64,000 bases of DNA. Origin: Carcharhinus longimanus (Eukaryota). Below the pieces are notes generated by a model. That model saw only the letters and a program-made list of their open reading frames with translations. It was not told where the DNA came from and made no database searches. The first letter of the stretch is position 1. Each line of letters begins with the position of its first letter. Where the stretch lies: positions 9,334,685 through 9,398,684 of the forward strand of contig JASCQW010000119.1 in assembly GCA_030264375.1 (NCBI GenBank), given 5' to 3'. The translations under genes were made by a program, and so were the position numbers. Positions 12,701 through 27,700 of the stretch are shown piece by piece.

Positions 12701-15700
12701 TTATGGCTTACCTTGATAGGCATATGAATAAACTGGGAAAAGAGGGATGCACGTTGCTTGTTTAGATAGTTAAACGTGGTCGGTACAAGTTTCGAGGGTC
12801 GAAGGGTCTGTTCCTGTGCTGTACTGTTTGCTGTTATGTGTTAGTTACGCTTTTCATTCCTTAAAGATGGGGACTCTGTGCAGAAGAGGTCCCAAATTTA
12901 TTGTGCTGGAATAAAGATCTATTGCTCCATGAGTTAATTTGATATAGTTTAATTGTTTTATCGGAAATTTTTGCCTACAGACCTTAACGTTTCCACGTAA
13001 ATAATTGCAAATCTAAATAGTACCGCGAGGTCAATCGATCAGTGCTCAAGACTATTTTTTGTTTTCACAGTTGAATCCTAGTTATATTATGATAGGCGCA
13101 AATTGCTTACATTCGCTGACAGACATCGAATTTACCCTTCATTTCAGGATCGGAACTCTAACACTCAAATTGCAATTAATCAGTTTTAAATGTTTTGAAG
13201 GGGCAACATGGAGAGACGCATCAAATGCTTGCTTCAGTTATAGATAAAGGAGACATTTATGCCTTTGTGCAAGTGGTGGCTGAAAGTGGTTTGCAAAATC
13301 ATTGATGAAACATATTGAGTAAGAATGGGTTAGCAGTTCAATTTTACCTAATTCATACCATTGCATATTTTACTTTGTTACCTTTTTCGCGTTCTTCCAG
13401 TTTTTCTTCTGTTGGCAAAGAAACATTTTCAAACAATCTCCACTTTCTCGTGAATTTCACTTTAATTTTACACTTAGAGTAAAAGCTATTATTTTCGTAC
13501 GTAAAGTTAATCTCAATAATTTCATTTTGATTCGGAGACAAAGAGAAAAAAATCGACTTGTTCGCCTCACTAATATCAGACGTCATAAAAATCATAGTAT
13601 GAATTTTGGTATTTCGAATCAGAGTTTATTCCGAACATTCACTATTGGTTACTGCACCTTAAGTGCAATATCTGCTGTGCTGCGACAATGTCCAGANNNN
13701 NNNNNNTCCAGAATTTATATTGGCATCGCACAGCAACACACTGAGTTGTGCACACACAATACTTGTATGATTGAACGTGGTAAAAGATGGATGAAACACT
13801 TGTGGTCCAAGAAGCCAATGACAACTAATTCAATGTACGTATTGGCACGAACGCTGGTCGGTAAAACACAACTGCCTTACAAGGAACTTCACACCGACCT
13901 TCACAACTGACAAGGATCCTGGCACTATTGTTCAGGGACAAAGTTGCGAAACCTTCACCGCATCCTAAACTCGTTCCAAAACGTAGCCAAGACCATCTGT
14001 TTCTTGTCAATTGGATAGAAGCAGGTCTTCGGATTCAATGTACAATTGCCGTACTGATGGATATTAATGTCTCTGTGATTTTTCAGTCACATTTGAAAGC
14101 CAATGTTGAATAAAATTCCTGAGAGTGTAAATGTTGTTTTGTTAAAACTAGAAATATATTTGTTCCGTGCTACTGTGGCCACATAATAACGGATCGCTTG
14201 TTCGAAAGCTTTCCACATATGTTTACGTTTGATCCTAAGAGACAGTGTGCACCTTTGAGTACGGATCCCTCATTTTTTTTCTGAAGAATAATGATAGTCA
14301 CATTTCTGAGTATTGGACAGTTGTAGTATTCCGCATATATTGACTTCCTTCCTACTCCACACGACCTTAATTGAACAATATGGATATGACCGGCTTGACT
14401 TTTTCACCAGATTAAAAGAAAACAAATCTCACCAGTGTTCAGAAGTTCATACTTTGTAAAGTAATTTAACAATGTAATGCATTCCACTAATGTTGTTAAT
14501 TTGTATAACATCTGGGAAACGCATAATAGAGTAATGTTCATTGCACGTGCCTCCAGCGAATGTTGACGGGAAAGTATGGATGTGGTGTACTCTGCTGGAA
14601 AAAAAAATGACGCTGATAAGAATTCTACTCCAAATGCCAGCCATGTTTTGTGGTTGTCCGGTTTTGCATTGTCTAGGTGAATTACAAATATTTCAGTTTG
14701 GCCACGCGGTCGGGGAATGTGTGCAATTATGCATTGCAATTGTTGGCGCTCCTGTCTCTACCAGTCATTGGAACTAGGCAAATTAGTGCATTTTTGAAGA
14801 GGCATTTGTAGAAGATCTTTAGGTTCCCGTGGTCATACACCGTTTGCTTTGGTGGCTGCCTTGTTTCGTCTAGGTCAACCTAAGGAAATGTCGATTCTTG
14901 ATCCGAAAGTGGGCAGAACGCGAAAAAGAAAATGTTTTCATGCGCATTTTTTCCTCACTAGAAATAATTTGCACCATAACTGAACTCAAAGTCTGGGAAA
15001 TACATGGACACTCCGACTGTCCGCCTTACTTTCGCCATCTTTCATTACCATGACCATTTTCTGGAAACAACACTATTCCATATATGCGGTCCTGGTGCCT
15101 GTAAAACCTATTATATTAAAGAATTCAGTGCGTTTTTTTTTACATTCAGGTTTACCCAAGGCTAGTTTGTTGTCTCAAACTTGGCAAATAACTCCATATG
15201 TTCATGAGGTTGTCTGGGCAGCGTCAGAAGACAAGCATTGCCTTTGCAAATACTGGTGCGGATTCTGCTGCCGGGTTGCCTGATTAGTTTTAAACGTTCA
15301 CATATTTTTACCGCTTGTTTCACTTAGAGTTTGATATAACTTGCCTATTTTGAAGAACACTTCGGTTTGGTATTTGCCCAATGAATTGCAGGGACATATT
15401 GACATTGTTTCCACAAATGAATAGCAGACAGAGTCCAAAACGGCACGTTGTTGAGGACCTAAAATTAACGAATATCTACTGCATCTTGATTAATTGCTCC
15501 ATTATCAGTGATGATCGTGCAATGGATACAGCTTTTAAAACGGCATTTTAAATCATGATGTATTTCTCTGATTAACTCAGTCGGAACTGGAGATGGTTTT
15601 GTAACGCTCTGCACGATTATACACGAGAGGTTCGATGGATTGCCTCTGAAATGCAATTTACCCCAATCTCGTGCAAAAACTGGCTCCCCGCCCAACAAGC

Positions 15701-18700
15701 AAGAAGTTGGATTAACAACGTTTTTTTCCTTCTGTTTCCCATTTCTTTCAAATGTGCTGCTCACGGGAGAAAGTCATTTCTTTTCCAATGTATGGGAAGG
15801 AATTAGAGCTATAAGTCTTCAAAAGTAGGAAACATATATTTTGGATTTTTGTACAAGGAAAGCTTTCCAGACTCGATAATACTTGCATGAGTACATAATT
15901 TTATGGCACAACTAATGCAACTTATGTCAAGGCAAAATTGGCATTGCGAGAAATTATATTGGAAATACAGAATTTGTTCTAATTCAGGTGACGACAAGCT
16001 AAAATGTCATGATTGCGGTGCACTTAAAGCGCAAGATGACGTGATGCTAGTCCATGGTTACGGAATTGTAATTGTATTGAATGCAACACCAGTATTTTAT
16101 CAATGCAGTGACGTCAAGATCCATTAACGGCTACAAAAGGCTCAGGCAGACATGACAAACACTTATGGTCTTCTTAAAAAAAAAATAATCCAAGTGTTAC
16201 CAGAACAGGACACAAGTAATTTCAGCAAGTTTTTTTTTAAAGAAACATCACAATTCTACAGAGTCAGCGATCTGGGTGAATCCAATTCTAGGCATTGAAG
16301 AAGCAGAAAGTTAAGGGGCAGCACGTTAATAGTAGGTTGTGACAAAAGTTGTGATTAATTGCGCAAACATGCCGCAAATGAATTGTTTTGTTTTTCACCC
16401 TCACTGCTTGTATCCCCTCCTTTTATGGCACATTCTTACAGCAAACGTATTCCCCCTGTTTACTGAAGCTGGAAAACTGGGGTCAATAATTTAAAATAAT
16501 ATGCGGCTTTGGATTATCAGGACTTAGTACGTTTTGTTTCAATGAGAAAATGCTTCATAACTGATCGGAGAAGCACTCGAACCTTTAGGGTGTTTTTTTC
16601 ATTATTTTCGCCCGAAGGACTTGTTGACTAAGTTTAGGATAATTGATATCTGAGTTCTAATCAGAATCCTGGAATTCCAACGGTGCGGAAGTGAACCATT
16701 TGCCTCATCTAGATGGTACCAATTCTCCAACGGAATATCTGGTGCAGCTCCATCCCAACACTAATCAAGAACTTTCTCATGTTTTCTATAACAATCCATT
16801 AACCTGTAAATTTTTAAGCTGTGGGAGGAAACTGCAGTACCGAGACAGAACGCAGGCAGACACGTGAAGCCCTATAAAGGCAGGGCTGGAATAAAAGATA
16901 GAACCCGAGCGCCAATCGTGCGACCCACGTTGATATTGTGACATCCTCATCAAGCTGCTCCCGATCTGTCTTTTATTTCAACCTTTCAATTGATCGAACA
17001 ACACTGTTGTCCGAATTTAATACTAATATATTTTATTCCATTTTTTAAGGATCAATTTAGCAATCTTGAATTAGTGCAAGTAACACTCATATTAATTTAT
17101 GTCCATTATTGTCCATCAGCCGTTATGCTGCCGCTTTGGCCAACGCTGTCTGAAACCTGTTAAGTCTGTTTGGCGCCAGTTCTATGCCTACGCTTCCTCC
17201 TTTGTACAAACATTTCCGATTTCGATATGTTTTCCTCATCTGATGACCAACTACAAATATGTAGCATTAGCGAGCTCATTGACTCAAAGATCGAGGTCAA
17301 AACTGATTTAGGTGAAATTGTGCAGAAAAATCGCTGAAAATTTCAGACATGTAGAGATGTACAAGTTACTACCATAATTTGAGCAGGTAGATATCACCAT
17401 ACGTACCCGTTTCTTTTAAAATAGCTTTACATGTGGTTAAATCTAGATGGCAGACACAGAAATAAGATTATATATTGATTAATTGTCTTGCGATTATGTT
17501 ATGCACATTAAGCCATGCATTTCCATTCCGCATTTGCCTGATTGATGTTTGCGAAATGATGACTTCTCTCTATCTCAATTGCATATATCAGGGCACCTGC
17601 CACCCTCTTCCTCTCAAAAGAGTTCAGGACAATCCGTGCCGTGCCATTCAGCAGACAGACCACCAAGTTTATTATTATTTTTAATATCTGCAGTTACGGC
17701 TCAGAATTCGACAATACTTACCNNNNNNNNNNTACCCCCCCCCCCCCCCCCCCCCCCCATTTCCTATTTATTTGAGGAAACAGAAAAATGTGGCATCATT
17801 TTGCAGTCAGGACTAGGAACGAATGTCTTACATTGCATTCACATCCTCAAAGATGTAGGAGCCCAGAACATCAGTTGAAAATATCAGGCTGACGTAGTGG
17901 CAGCAACGTTCAGTCGGGAGTGACGAGTGCCTGATCCACCTCGCCCTCTTGCAGTGGTCCCCAGCATCTCAGATGCCAGCCTCCAACCAGTTCGATTCAC
18001 TCCACGTGATATCAAGAAACGTATGCTGTGACTGGATACTGCAAAGTTATGGGCCCTGATAACTTCCTGGCAATATTACTTAAGACATGTGCTCCAGGAC
18101 ATGCCACTCCCCTAACCAAAGTTTTGCAGGACAGAGTATTGGGTTAATGGAAGGACTCTTGGTAGTGTGGATGAGCAGAGAGATCTCGGTGTACAAATGC
18201 ATAGATTCCTGAAAGTTGACACCCAGGTTGATAAGTTTGTTAAGAAGGAGTACTGTGTGTTAGCATTTATTGGGAGAAGGTTTGAATTTCGGAGCCGTGA
18301 GATCATGTTGCAGCTGTACAAAACCCTGGTGCGGCCGCACTTGGAGTATTGCGGGCAGTTCTGGTCGCCACGTTATAAGAAATATGTGGAAGCATTGGAA
18401 AGGCTGCAGAGGAGGTTTACCAGGATGTTGCCTGGTATGGTGGGAAGGTATTATGAGGAAAGGCTGAAGGTTTGAGGTTCTTTTCGTTAGAGAGAAGAAG
18501 GTTAAGTGGTGACCTAATTGAGGCATACAAGATGATCAGAGGATTCAATAGGGTGGACAGTGATAGTGTTTTCCCTCGGATGGTGACAGCTAACACGAGG
18601 GGACATAGCATTATATTGAGGGGTGAAAAATATAGGACGGATCTCAGAGGTAGTTTTTTTACTCAGTAGGTAGTAAGAGAGTGTAATGCCCTGCCTGCAG

Positions 18701-21700
18701 CAGTTGTGGACTCGCCACACTTTAAGGGCATTCAAATGGTCATTGGATACTTTTATGGATAATATTGGAATAGTTTAGGTTAGAGGGTCATTAGATTGGC
18801 TCCACTGGTCTGCGCAACAACGAGGGCCGAAGGGCCTGTACTGCGCTGCAATGCTCTATGTTGTATGTTGTATGTTCTAGGACATGTAAAACACTAGCAT
18901 CTATCCAACAATGTGGAAAAGTATCCCGATATTTTCTATACACCAACAACAGGACAAATCCAACCCAACCAATCTATCTATTTGCGTTCAACAGGTCAAC
19001 GGGGATGGAATGGATCATCGGCTTTGCTATGAAACGGCACATGCTCAGCAATAACTTGTTCAATGATGCTCAGTTTTGTTTTCGTCACTCAATCAGCTTC
19101 TGACCTCATTACAGCCTTGTTTCAAAATTGGAGAACGAGCTGAATTACAGAGCAGACGTGAGAGTGGGTGCCCTTGAATTCAGGTCGCCTTTTAATTGAG
19201 TGTGGCAACAAGGGGCCCGTGCTAAAGTGCAATTCATGGGTATCAGGTGGCAAATACTCCACTGATTCGACTCACACCTGATACATAGTAAGATGGCTGT
19301 GGTTGTGGAGAGTTAGTCATCCCAGCTCCAGAGTATCTCTGCATCTCTGCAGTCCCCTCAGGTAGTGTCCTAGACCGAACAATCACCAGCTGCTTCATCA
19401 ATGAGTTTTCCACTTCATAAGGTCAGAAGTGGGGATGTTCGACGATGATTGCAAAATGGTCAGCACGTTCATTAGTCCTGAGATACTGAAGAAATCCATG
19501 TTCAAATCCAACAATACCTGAACAATATTAAGGCTTGTGCTAACAAGTGGCAGGTAACATTCATGCCAAGCAAATGGGAGGAAAATACAATCACCAACAA
19601 GAGGCATTCTAACCACCGTCTCCTGACATTCAATTGTGCAAATATCACTACATAGTGTCAACATCCTTGGGGTCATCATTCAGTCAGAATTCAACTGGAC
19701 TCACATAACCACAGTGGCTACAAGAGCAGACCAGTGGCAAGCAATACGGTGGCAAGTAACTCAATTCCGGACTCCCCAGAGCCTATCCATCACCGACATG
19801 TCACAAGTCAGTAGAGTGAAGGAATGCTGCACTCTTGCCTTGATGCGTCCAACTCCAACAACACACGACAATTTTGACGCCATCCATGACAATACAGCCC
19901 GTTTTCTTGGCACTGCACCTACAAATAGTGAACGTCTCCACCTCTGATGCTCAGTAGCTGCAGTGCGTACTATCTGAAGGATTAACTGCATAAATTAAGA
20001 TCATTAGGCAACACCTTCCAAGACCACAATTATTTCCATCCAGAAAGACAAGGGCTGCAGATACAGGGGAACGGCGCAACCTGCAAGATCCCTCCAAGCC
20101 ACTCACCATCCTGTCTTGGAAATATATCGCGTTCCTTCGTAGTCACAGGATCAAAATCCTGGTATTAACTCCCTAACAAAAATGTGGGTCAACTCACAGC
20201 ACATGGACTGCAGCGTTTCAAGAACCTACCTCGCAACCAACTTCTCAAAAACAACTCGGGGCGGTTAATACATTCTTGCCAGACATGGATGCCTGTGCCG
20301 CACAAATTAATAGAATAAATATTGCAACTCGAGCATTTCAAGCAATTTCATCAATGTGACACGACTGCTATCAACAATATTTTATGTATATTCAACTGCA
20401 TTTAACCGCTGCCCTCGAATATTCTTCACACTTGTCGTTCATTTTGGAGGAAAACGAATCTTCATTTGTTACCCAGGCTTTTGACTGCAAAGGCGCGAAG
20501 GTGGTCTGTGCATTCAATTTGATACAATATACTCCATTGAAAATGAGACAAGATATTCGACTCGTATGTGTGGGCATGGCCCTGCATGTTCGCACACATT
20601 ACATTTATAATGAGCTGACACTATCCATTGTTTATTGAATGCCGGTAAACCTTTGTGAATTGCACTTTATCAAGCTGAACGATGAAAGTCAAATATTTCC
20701 AATGAAGCAGTTTTATTTTCATTGTGCTTGAGGGAATAATTCTGCACATCATTGAAGTTTTCTTACTGTCAGCCCTGGGTGCTTATACAATTCCGCATTT
20801 CAGCAGATGGTTTGCAAAGGGATCTGATTGTCCAGCAGTTTTGGTAACTTAGACAGCCGAATGATTTTTAGTTTACTTGTGTTATGTCGTGGCATTGAGA
20901 ATGTCTTGAGAAATCTGTCTTTCCTGGGGACCTTTTTATCTGTGGCATAGTCTTGCCAATCAATGAGTATGAGTTTGTTCAGCTTCAATATCGGAACGTT
21001 TTGAATATCTTTGCATTTCACTGGCGGACTGTCCGTATGCCGTTCATATAGAATAAAAAAGTGGACTTAATGACACTCTGTAGATATCGAGTTGGTTTAT
21101 TCTGCTAACGTATCTATGTTGCCTACTGAAAAGGAAATCCTTCTGAAGGACATACAGGCCTTGACGATTCTGAGATTGGTTCGATCAGTGATATGAAGAC
21201 AGTGTGACAGACTGCTGAATGGTTCGTTGAATTTGAGAACAACGGTTAGGTTCAGACATTCAGGCTCACGGTTGGCACTTGATAAATTGCCTTGATGCCT
21301 GTTGAAAAGAGTCTTATCCATCCTTCTTGCAAAGAGTGTGACCAAGCTGTCACAGGACGTTTAAAACAGGTCTATTGTATGTTGCATGTCTGCTTAATTT
21401 TCATTAGATTATTCGCCGTCATATTACATGAAAGCCATGTAAATTAAAATGATGGTCATCATGTTGGTCTGTCAGCATCAAAGGTTGAAGAGTGTATCAC
21501 CTATTTTGTACTTCATGTATAAAGTTGCTTCCCCATCCTATAAGATACCAGGAAACAGTGCTGACACTATTATTTTCCCTTGGAGCTCGTGCCAATAATG
21601 GGGTTTTCATTCAATTTGAGACAGCAAAGGGGAAGGATGACCATTGTCCTCAGCACGCGGATCTGCATGCCATTATGAAACTGCCATAGCATCTGAATGA

Positions 21701-24700
21701 GATTGCCTGGACATGGAAATGTCATCATAATCTTTCAGAGCCCTTCAGTAGCGCTGACAGGGTCGAGGATTTTTATAGGATCAGCAAAATGGGTGCAGGT
21801 CAACATTTTCTCTTTGGCACTTCTGTGCAACTAGCAAGCTGCTGCATCATGTCAATCGCTGTCCTTTTTTTTCTCTGAAACAATAACTGTTCTTCAGAAA
21901 AGACGAAATCCTGACCAGCAAGTATTGTCAACTGGTTCAGAAGGATTCTGGCAAGCTGAAATGCAGTCTGTTCCATGGCATTGCTGAATGATAATTTTCC
22001 TATAGTTTTCACTGATATAAGCAGTGTGATTGAAGTTCATTGAAGCTGGTCGGTGTTGATTTGGAGCAGCCGATCTTTTGACTTTTGAATGGTATGAGCA
22101 AGTGACACCTTCATTGAAATACGGAGACAAACTTTTTGGACCTGAGATTTCACTCGTAGTAATATGGTTCAAGAATCCGTGAGTAGCTACTGGTTAGTTC
22201 AGGACAGAAGGCAACTCTGACAGATCTGTAGCCGTGCTTATGATCATGTTGGTTGTTGTGGGTTAAGATTTGATGTGACCTGTAACTCGGGCACTTTCCT
22301 GGGCCCCATCAAACTGTAGTGCATTTAATATTGTTTTCGACTGTGTGTGTATCACTTAGGTTGTTTTTTTATGTAACTTGCATTATTCTTTAAGAAGGCG
22401 CTCGGTCTCAGCGTCCACTTATCAAATCCTTCTGGTGCTTCCTGTAAGCTACGGCGCACGCTGCATTCCATGGTGGTGTACAGATGTCGTCGAAAGTTTC
22501 TAAGTGGGAATAGTCACTACTCAGCCTGTTGTTCGGATCATCAATGCGCTGTTTTAAGGTATTCAGGAGATTAAGGATTTTCTTACCCCGAGGAGGTCAA
22601 TTTGGCTGACTGTCAATACACATTTTAGAGACAAATAGTCAGTAAGTTCAGTGGTCAGCTCATCATATGTCATCGGATATCCAGACATCCTATTTGCTGT
22701 TCCTCTTGATAATAATAAAGATGTAGAAAAAAGATAATTATGAGGTATAGCAACATTAATTGTCCGTATGTTCGATGCTCTCTCACCCTTCAAACCCATG
22801 ACGATCCAACAGAACGGAGAATTACGTCACCCTTGAGGGAGTTGGCTCAGTACAATCTAAAAACACCACGCTCAAAGAAGGATGCACTGCAGAGGAAAAT
22901 GTGTTTCGGGAAAACATGACAGGACATACATTCTTTTGGAATTTTCAAGCCAACGATGACGGCCACGAGTGTCGTGTGTGATTCACTGCCTCAAACTAAC
23001 TTCCGAAAGGGTCTAAAAAACGCTTTCGTTCCTTCAAGACAATAAAAACGTTACACTGTTCAGGACATACCAATGTTGGTTTAAAGATTCGGATGACCTT
23101 CTATGGGGTTGCTTGTAGTCAGTGGACTGGGCAGAATTACTCTGCATTCAGCCTGAACATGCATTCAACGACAGTAATTAACTTCATCAGTCAGTATGCA
23201 GGAGACTGTTGCAAAAAGAAGCAAATCCGTGTGTTCTCCAAGCGGAAGCGAAGAATATACAGGGATAGCAACCGCTTGCTAAAGTCCAGATCTGAGGCTT
23301 TCAAGCCAGACAACACTGACTGATACGAGATATCCAGATTCGACCTAAGGAGATCCATCAACGTTCCACCCTCTCCACGCCGAACCCCACCGAATGGAGC
23401 AAGGTCTGCAAGACATAACTGGCTACAACATGAAGGCATGAAAAAAAAGTTGGCCGGCTCGGACACACCGCTCTCTGAAGAGTTCAATGCATTAATATAC
23501 GCCTGTTTTGTAGCAAGACGTCAGCCAGAACACGCCCTCCATCCTGGAAGCTGTAGGTGACCTTATATCTGAGGTCACCATAGCAGATTTCAGAGCAGCT
23601 TTCTCGAAAGTCAACCCACGGAATGCGACTGGCCTGGAAAGGGGTTCCAGGGCGACAACTCAGATCCTGCATGGATCAGTTAGCGAGGTTTTTCACAGAC
23701 ACCTTCCATCTTTCTTTACAACAATCTGAGATCCCTATCTGGTTCAAGATCATAATCCGTGTACCTAAAAGAAACCAAGCTCTGTGACTTAATGACGATT
23801 GACCCGTGTCTATTACATCCACCATTATGAAGTTCTTCGAAAGCTCAGTCATGGCATAAATCAATTCCAGTCTCCCAGACTACCTCGATCCGCTGCAGTT
23901 TGTCTACTGCCGCAATAGGTCCACAGCAAACGCCATCTCCCTGGCCATGCACTCAAGCCCGGAACATTAGATAACAAAGAAACCTATGTCAGACTCCGAT
24001 TTATGAACTACAGCTCAGCCTCCAACACCATTATTCCCAGAAACTAATCTACAATCCCCATGGCCTAGACCTTGGCACCTCCCTCTGTGACTGAATCCTT
24101 AACTTCATAACTTACAGACCACAATCAACAAGGATAGACAACGACACCTCCTCCACGATCATCTTCAACACCCGTGTTCTCAGATCCCGACTATACACCT
24201 TATACACCGATAACTCAATCCAATTTGATTTTCAAGTTTGTTGTCGACAACACCGTAATGGGTCGGATCTCAATCAGTGAGGAGACAGAGTACAGGAATG
24301 AGGTAGATAATCTGGCGAACTGGTGCAATAACCTCTCCCTCAATGTGATCAAAACGACAGAGACTATCATCGACTTCAGGAAGTAAAGGAAAACATGTCC
24401 CTGTCTACATCAACAGGGATAAAGTGGAAAGGGTCCACAGCTTCAAAGATTTAAATGACTCGATCACTAACTATCCGTCCTGTCCTCCCATGTTGATACT
24501 ATAACTAAGAAAGCCTAACAGCGTCTTTATATTCTCAGGAGTCTAAGGACATTTGGCAAGTCAGCTACGACACTCATCAATTTTTACAGTGCATCATATG
24601 GAACATTTTTTTTCGGTAATACCACAGCTTGTTATGGCTCCTGTCCTTCCCAAGATCGAAAGATATCAGCTTGTCCCTTGCTGCCATCAGACTTTTGAAT

Positions 24701-27700
24701 AGACCTTTCTTGCATTTATTCGATCTTTCTCCATATCCTAGCCATTAATGTAGGACTACATTCTGCACTCTCTCGTTTCCTTCTCTTTGAACGTACGTTT
24801 GTTCTGTAGAGAGTACAAAAAAAAACTCCTCACTGCGTATTAATGCATGAAACAATAACAATCCAATCGAATCACACACAAACAATAATCCTTCGCATAC
24901 AAAGGCTAATTCCGTTGCAATCATTAAAAATTAGGCACATGGGATACAAGGACAGGTAGCTAGATGGATTGAAAACTGGCTAGGCAATAGGAGACAGAGA
25001 GTAGTAGTGGAAGGGTCCTTTTCTGGCTGGAGGTCTGTCACCAGTGGTGTGCCGCAGGGCTCAGTACTGGGACCTCTTCTCTTCGTAATATATATAAATG
25101 ACTTGGAAGAGGGCGTACGTGGTGTGATCAGCAAGTTTGCAGATGACACCAAGATGGCNNNNNNNNNNNNNNNNNNNNNNNNNNNNNNNNNNNNNNNNNN
25201 NNNNNNNNNNNNNNNNNNNNNNNNNNNNNNNNNNNNNNNNNNNNNNNNNNNNNNNNNNGATCCTATAGTATTCTCCCCTGAATCTGGCTACAAAAGGGGT
25301 ACCATTCGCATACACACGGGGCAAGCCAGGTGTAGGAAAATGCTTTAAAATGGCTGCGCGGGCTCGTTGGGCCGAAGGGCCTGTTTCCCGTGCCGGGTTG
25401 TTCTTTGTTCTTCTTTGTTCTTCTTTAAGTCGATCACATGTAATGACATTAATTTCACAGTCGTCAAAGAGCGTCAGATCTCGGGATATGTTATCAGAAA
25501 TAAAGTATTTTCCAATGAGAAAAGAAATGGAATTCTGCTCATGCAGTTGAACTCTGATTATTGACATCTTCGCAACAATAATTTGTTCGAGCTGCCAAAT
25601 ATGGAGTAATTCTCTCTTTGTCCATTGACACCTCATTGACTCATTCATTGTCAGGTCGGATTCCTGACACTAAGAGTAACCTGAATCCAATGAACGAAAA
25701 GTGGTTCAATACAATATACAAGTTGGCATAAAATAAGCATATTCAGATATACGTATAAGTTATGCAACAGTGAGGCAAAACGTAAGAGTGTTTACACTGG
25801 CATCACTGTAGAGAATAAGTGACAGAGAAATCTAAGATTTCAAACAAACAACGTATCACATAAAGTTTCTGTAGTTCTACGATATTCAGCCATGGTGCCC
25901 AATTCAACAACTCGCTGGAGGAGGAATATGAAAAAAGCACGCTCATACTCAATTACACTGGGTAGGGCGCGAAGGGGGTGAATGGTGGTTGGGGAGTGAT
26001 GAGGGGTACACATCACCGCAATGCATTAGCTAAAATAATTGTTGTCAAATGGATGTTCTATTCCGAGCCATTCCATCTGTTGCAGCGTCTCAGGTGTCAT
26101 TCTTCAGCCAGATCAGTAAAGCTCATGTGATGGAGAGCACGCAGATGGATGTCTCCCTCCCTCATAAGTATTCCTTTCTGAGTACTNNNNNNNNNNNNNN
26201 NNNNNNNNNNNNNNNNNNNNNNNNNNNNNNNNNNNNNNNNNNNNNNNNNNNNNNNNNNNNNNNNNNNNNNNNNNNNNNNNNNNNNNACGGGGAGAACGTG
26301 CAAACTCCACACAGACAGTGACCCAAGCTGGGAATCGAACCCGGGTCCCTGGTGCTGTGAGGCTGCAGTGCTAACCACTGTGCCACCAGGAATAGGGCTA
26401 GTTCTATAGGCAGTGCCTGATTTGAATTGGATTTTAAATTAGCGTGGAAGATTGCGAAGGAGACAAATACGCGTCAGTTGAGGAATAGCTTAATTTCAAA
26501 TAATTTCAGAATCAGTTAAAATTCCCCAGTTTCGGAAGCTGCTTTGACCAATTTCGCCCCCACTCTGTCAGAATCATAGATTCACTCGTGCAGAAAGAGG
26601 CCATTCAGCCCATCGAGCTGCAATTGGGGTGGGGCCCCTGTGAAATGGCGAGAGGGTCGGGGAGGAAGGTGGGGCGAAAGACACTTTCTCATCAAACTCC
26701 GGGAAAGATCGATGCAACCTGAGATTAACAGCGAACTCTCACACTGTATGAAGAAGAAACAAGCCTGTTACCTCAGTAAAACACCCAATTAATTGGTCTT
26801 TCAAACAAAGCAGTTTAGTGCCTCATTATTGACCGATCTTGCTCATTCCAGGATATACGACTTTCAGGCATTTTAAAGTGCTCCATTATTGCCAATATAC
26901 ATTTGTAATTTTTCAAAGGGAGACAGATTGTTTAACACGGGATAGTTAATGGGATGTCTTTTAGTTGGATGTTGGACAGTAGCTAATGGCCTGGTGTTCA
27001 GGGGAGTGATTGTACATTGTTGGTTTCGGAACATTATCCGTACTTGATAACATCAGCAAGTTCGCTGTGGCTGGATCAAAATTCTGAACTCCTCGAAACA
27101 TGGAAACTGGGAGCAGGAATAGTGTTGTACAAGGGAGCCTGGGTCCCTGGCTGCCTGACAGGGATGACGTGGAGATGCTGGTGTTGGACTGGGGTAAACA
27201 CAGTAAGAAGTCTCACATCACCAGATTTAAAGTCCAACATGTTTATTTGTAGCTACCGCCACTAGCTTCCGGAACAGCCAGTTTCAAAAGCTAGTCGCAT
27301 TTGTTATAAATAAACCTGTTGGACTTTAACCTGGTGTTGTGAGTCTCCTTACTGTGCCTCACAGGGACCCAGGTTCAATTCCAGCCTTGGATCACTGTCT
27401 GTGTGGAGTTTGCACATTCTCTCCGAGTCTGCGTGGGTTTCCTCCGGGTGCTCCGGTTTCCTCCCACACTCCAAAGACGTGCAGGTTAGGTTGATTGGCC
27501 TTGCTAAATTGCAGTGTCCCAGGATGTGTCGATTAGAGGGATTAGCTGGGTAAATATGTGGAGTTACGGCGATAGGGCCTGGATGGGATTGCAGAATTGA
27601 TGGGCTGAATGGCTTCCTTCTGCACTATAGACTTCCTATTGCGGAGGCCATTTGGCCCCTCAAGACTGCTCTGCTGTTCATCCTGGGCATCAAATTCAAC

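Noticed and set aside
13201-13288. Plus-strand open segment [29 protein letters not shown] with AG/GT flanks
   Set aside because: Weak donor, no recognisable family and no other plus-strand exons to join.
14433-14511. Minus-strand exon-like segment with good splice sites ([15 protein letters not shown]... or DVIQINNIS...)
   Set aside because: It has a stop in the array's phase, and a 27-nt version would need a GA donor. It does not fit the repeat consensus.
17714-17760. Strong minus-strand donor (acttacc on +) directly before a short N gap, suggesting a hidden exon
   Set aside because: Sequence after the gap restarts with tacccc, so it probably overlaps into the poly-C tract. The array alternation needs no exon here.
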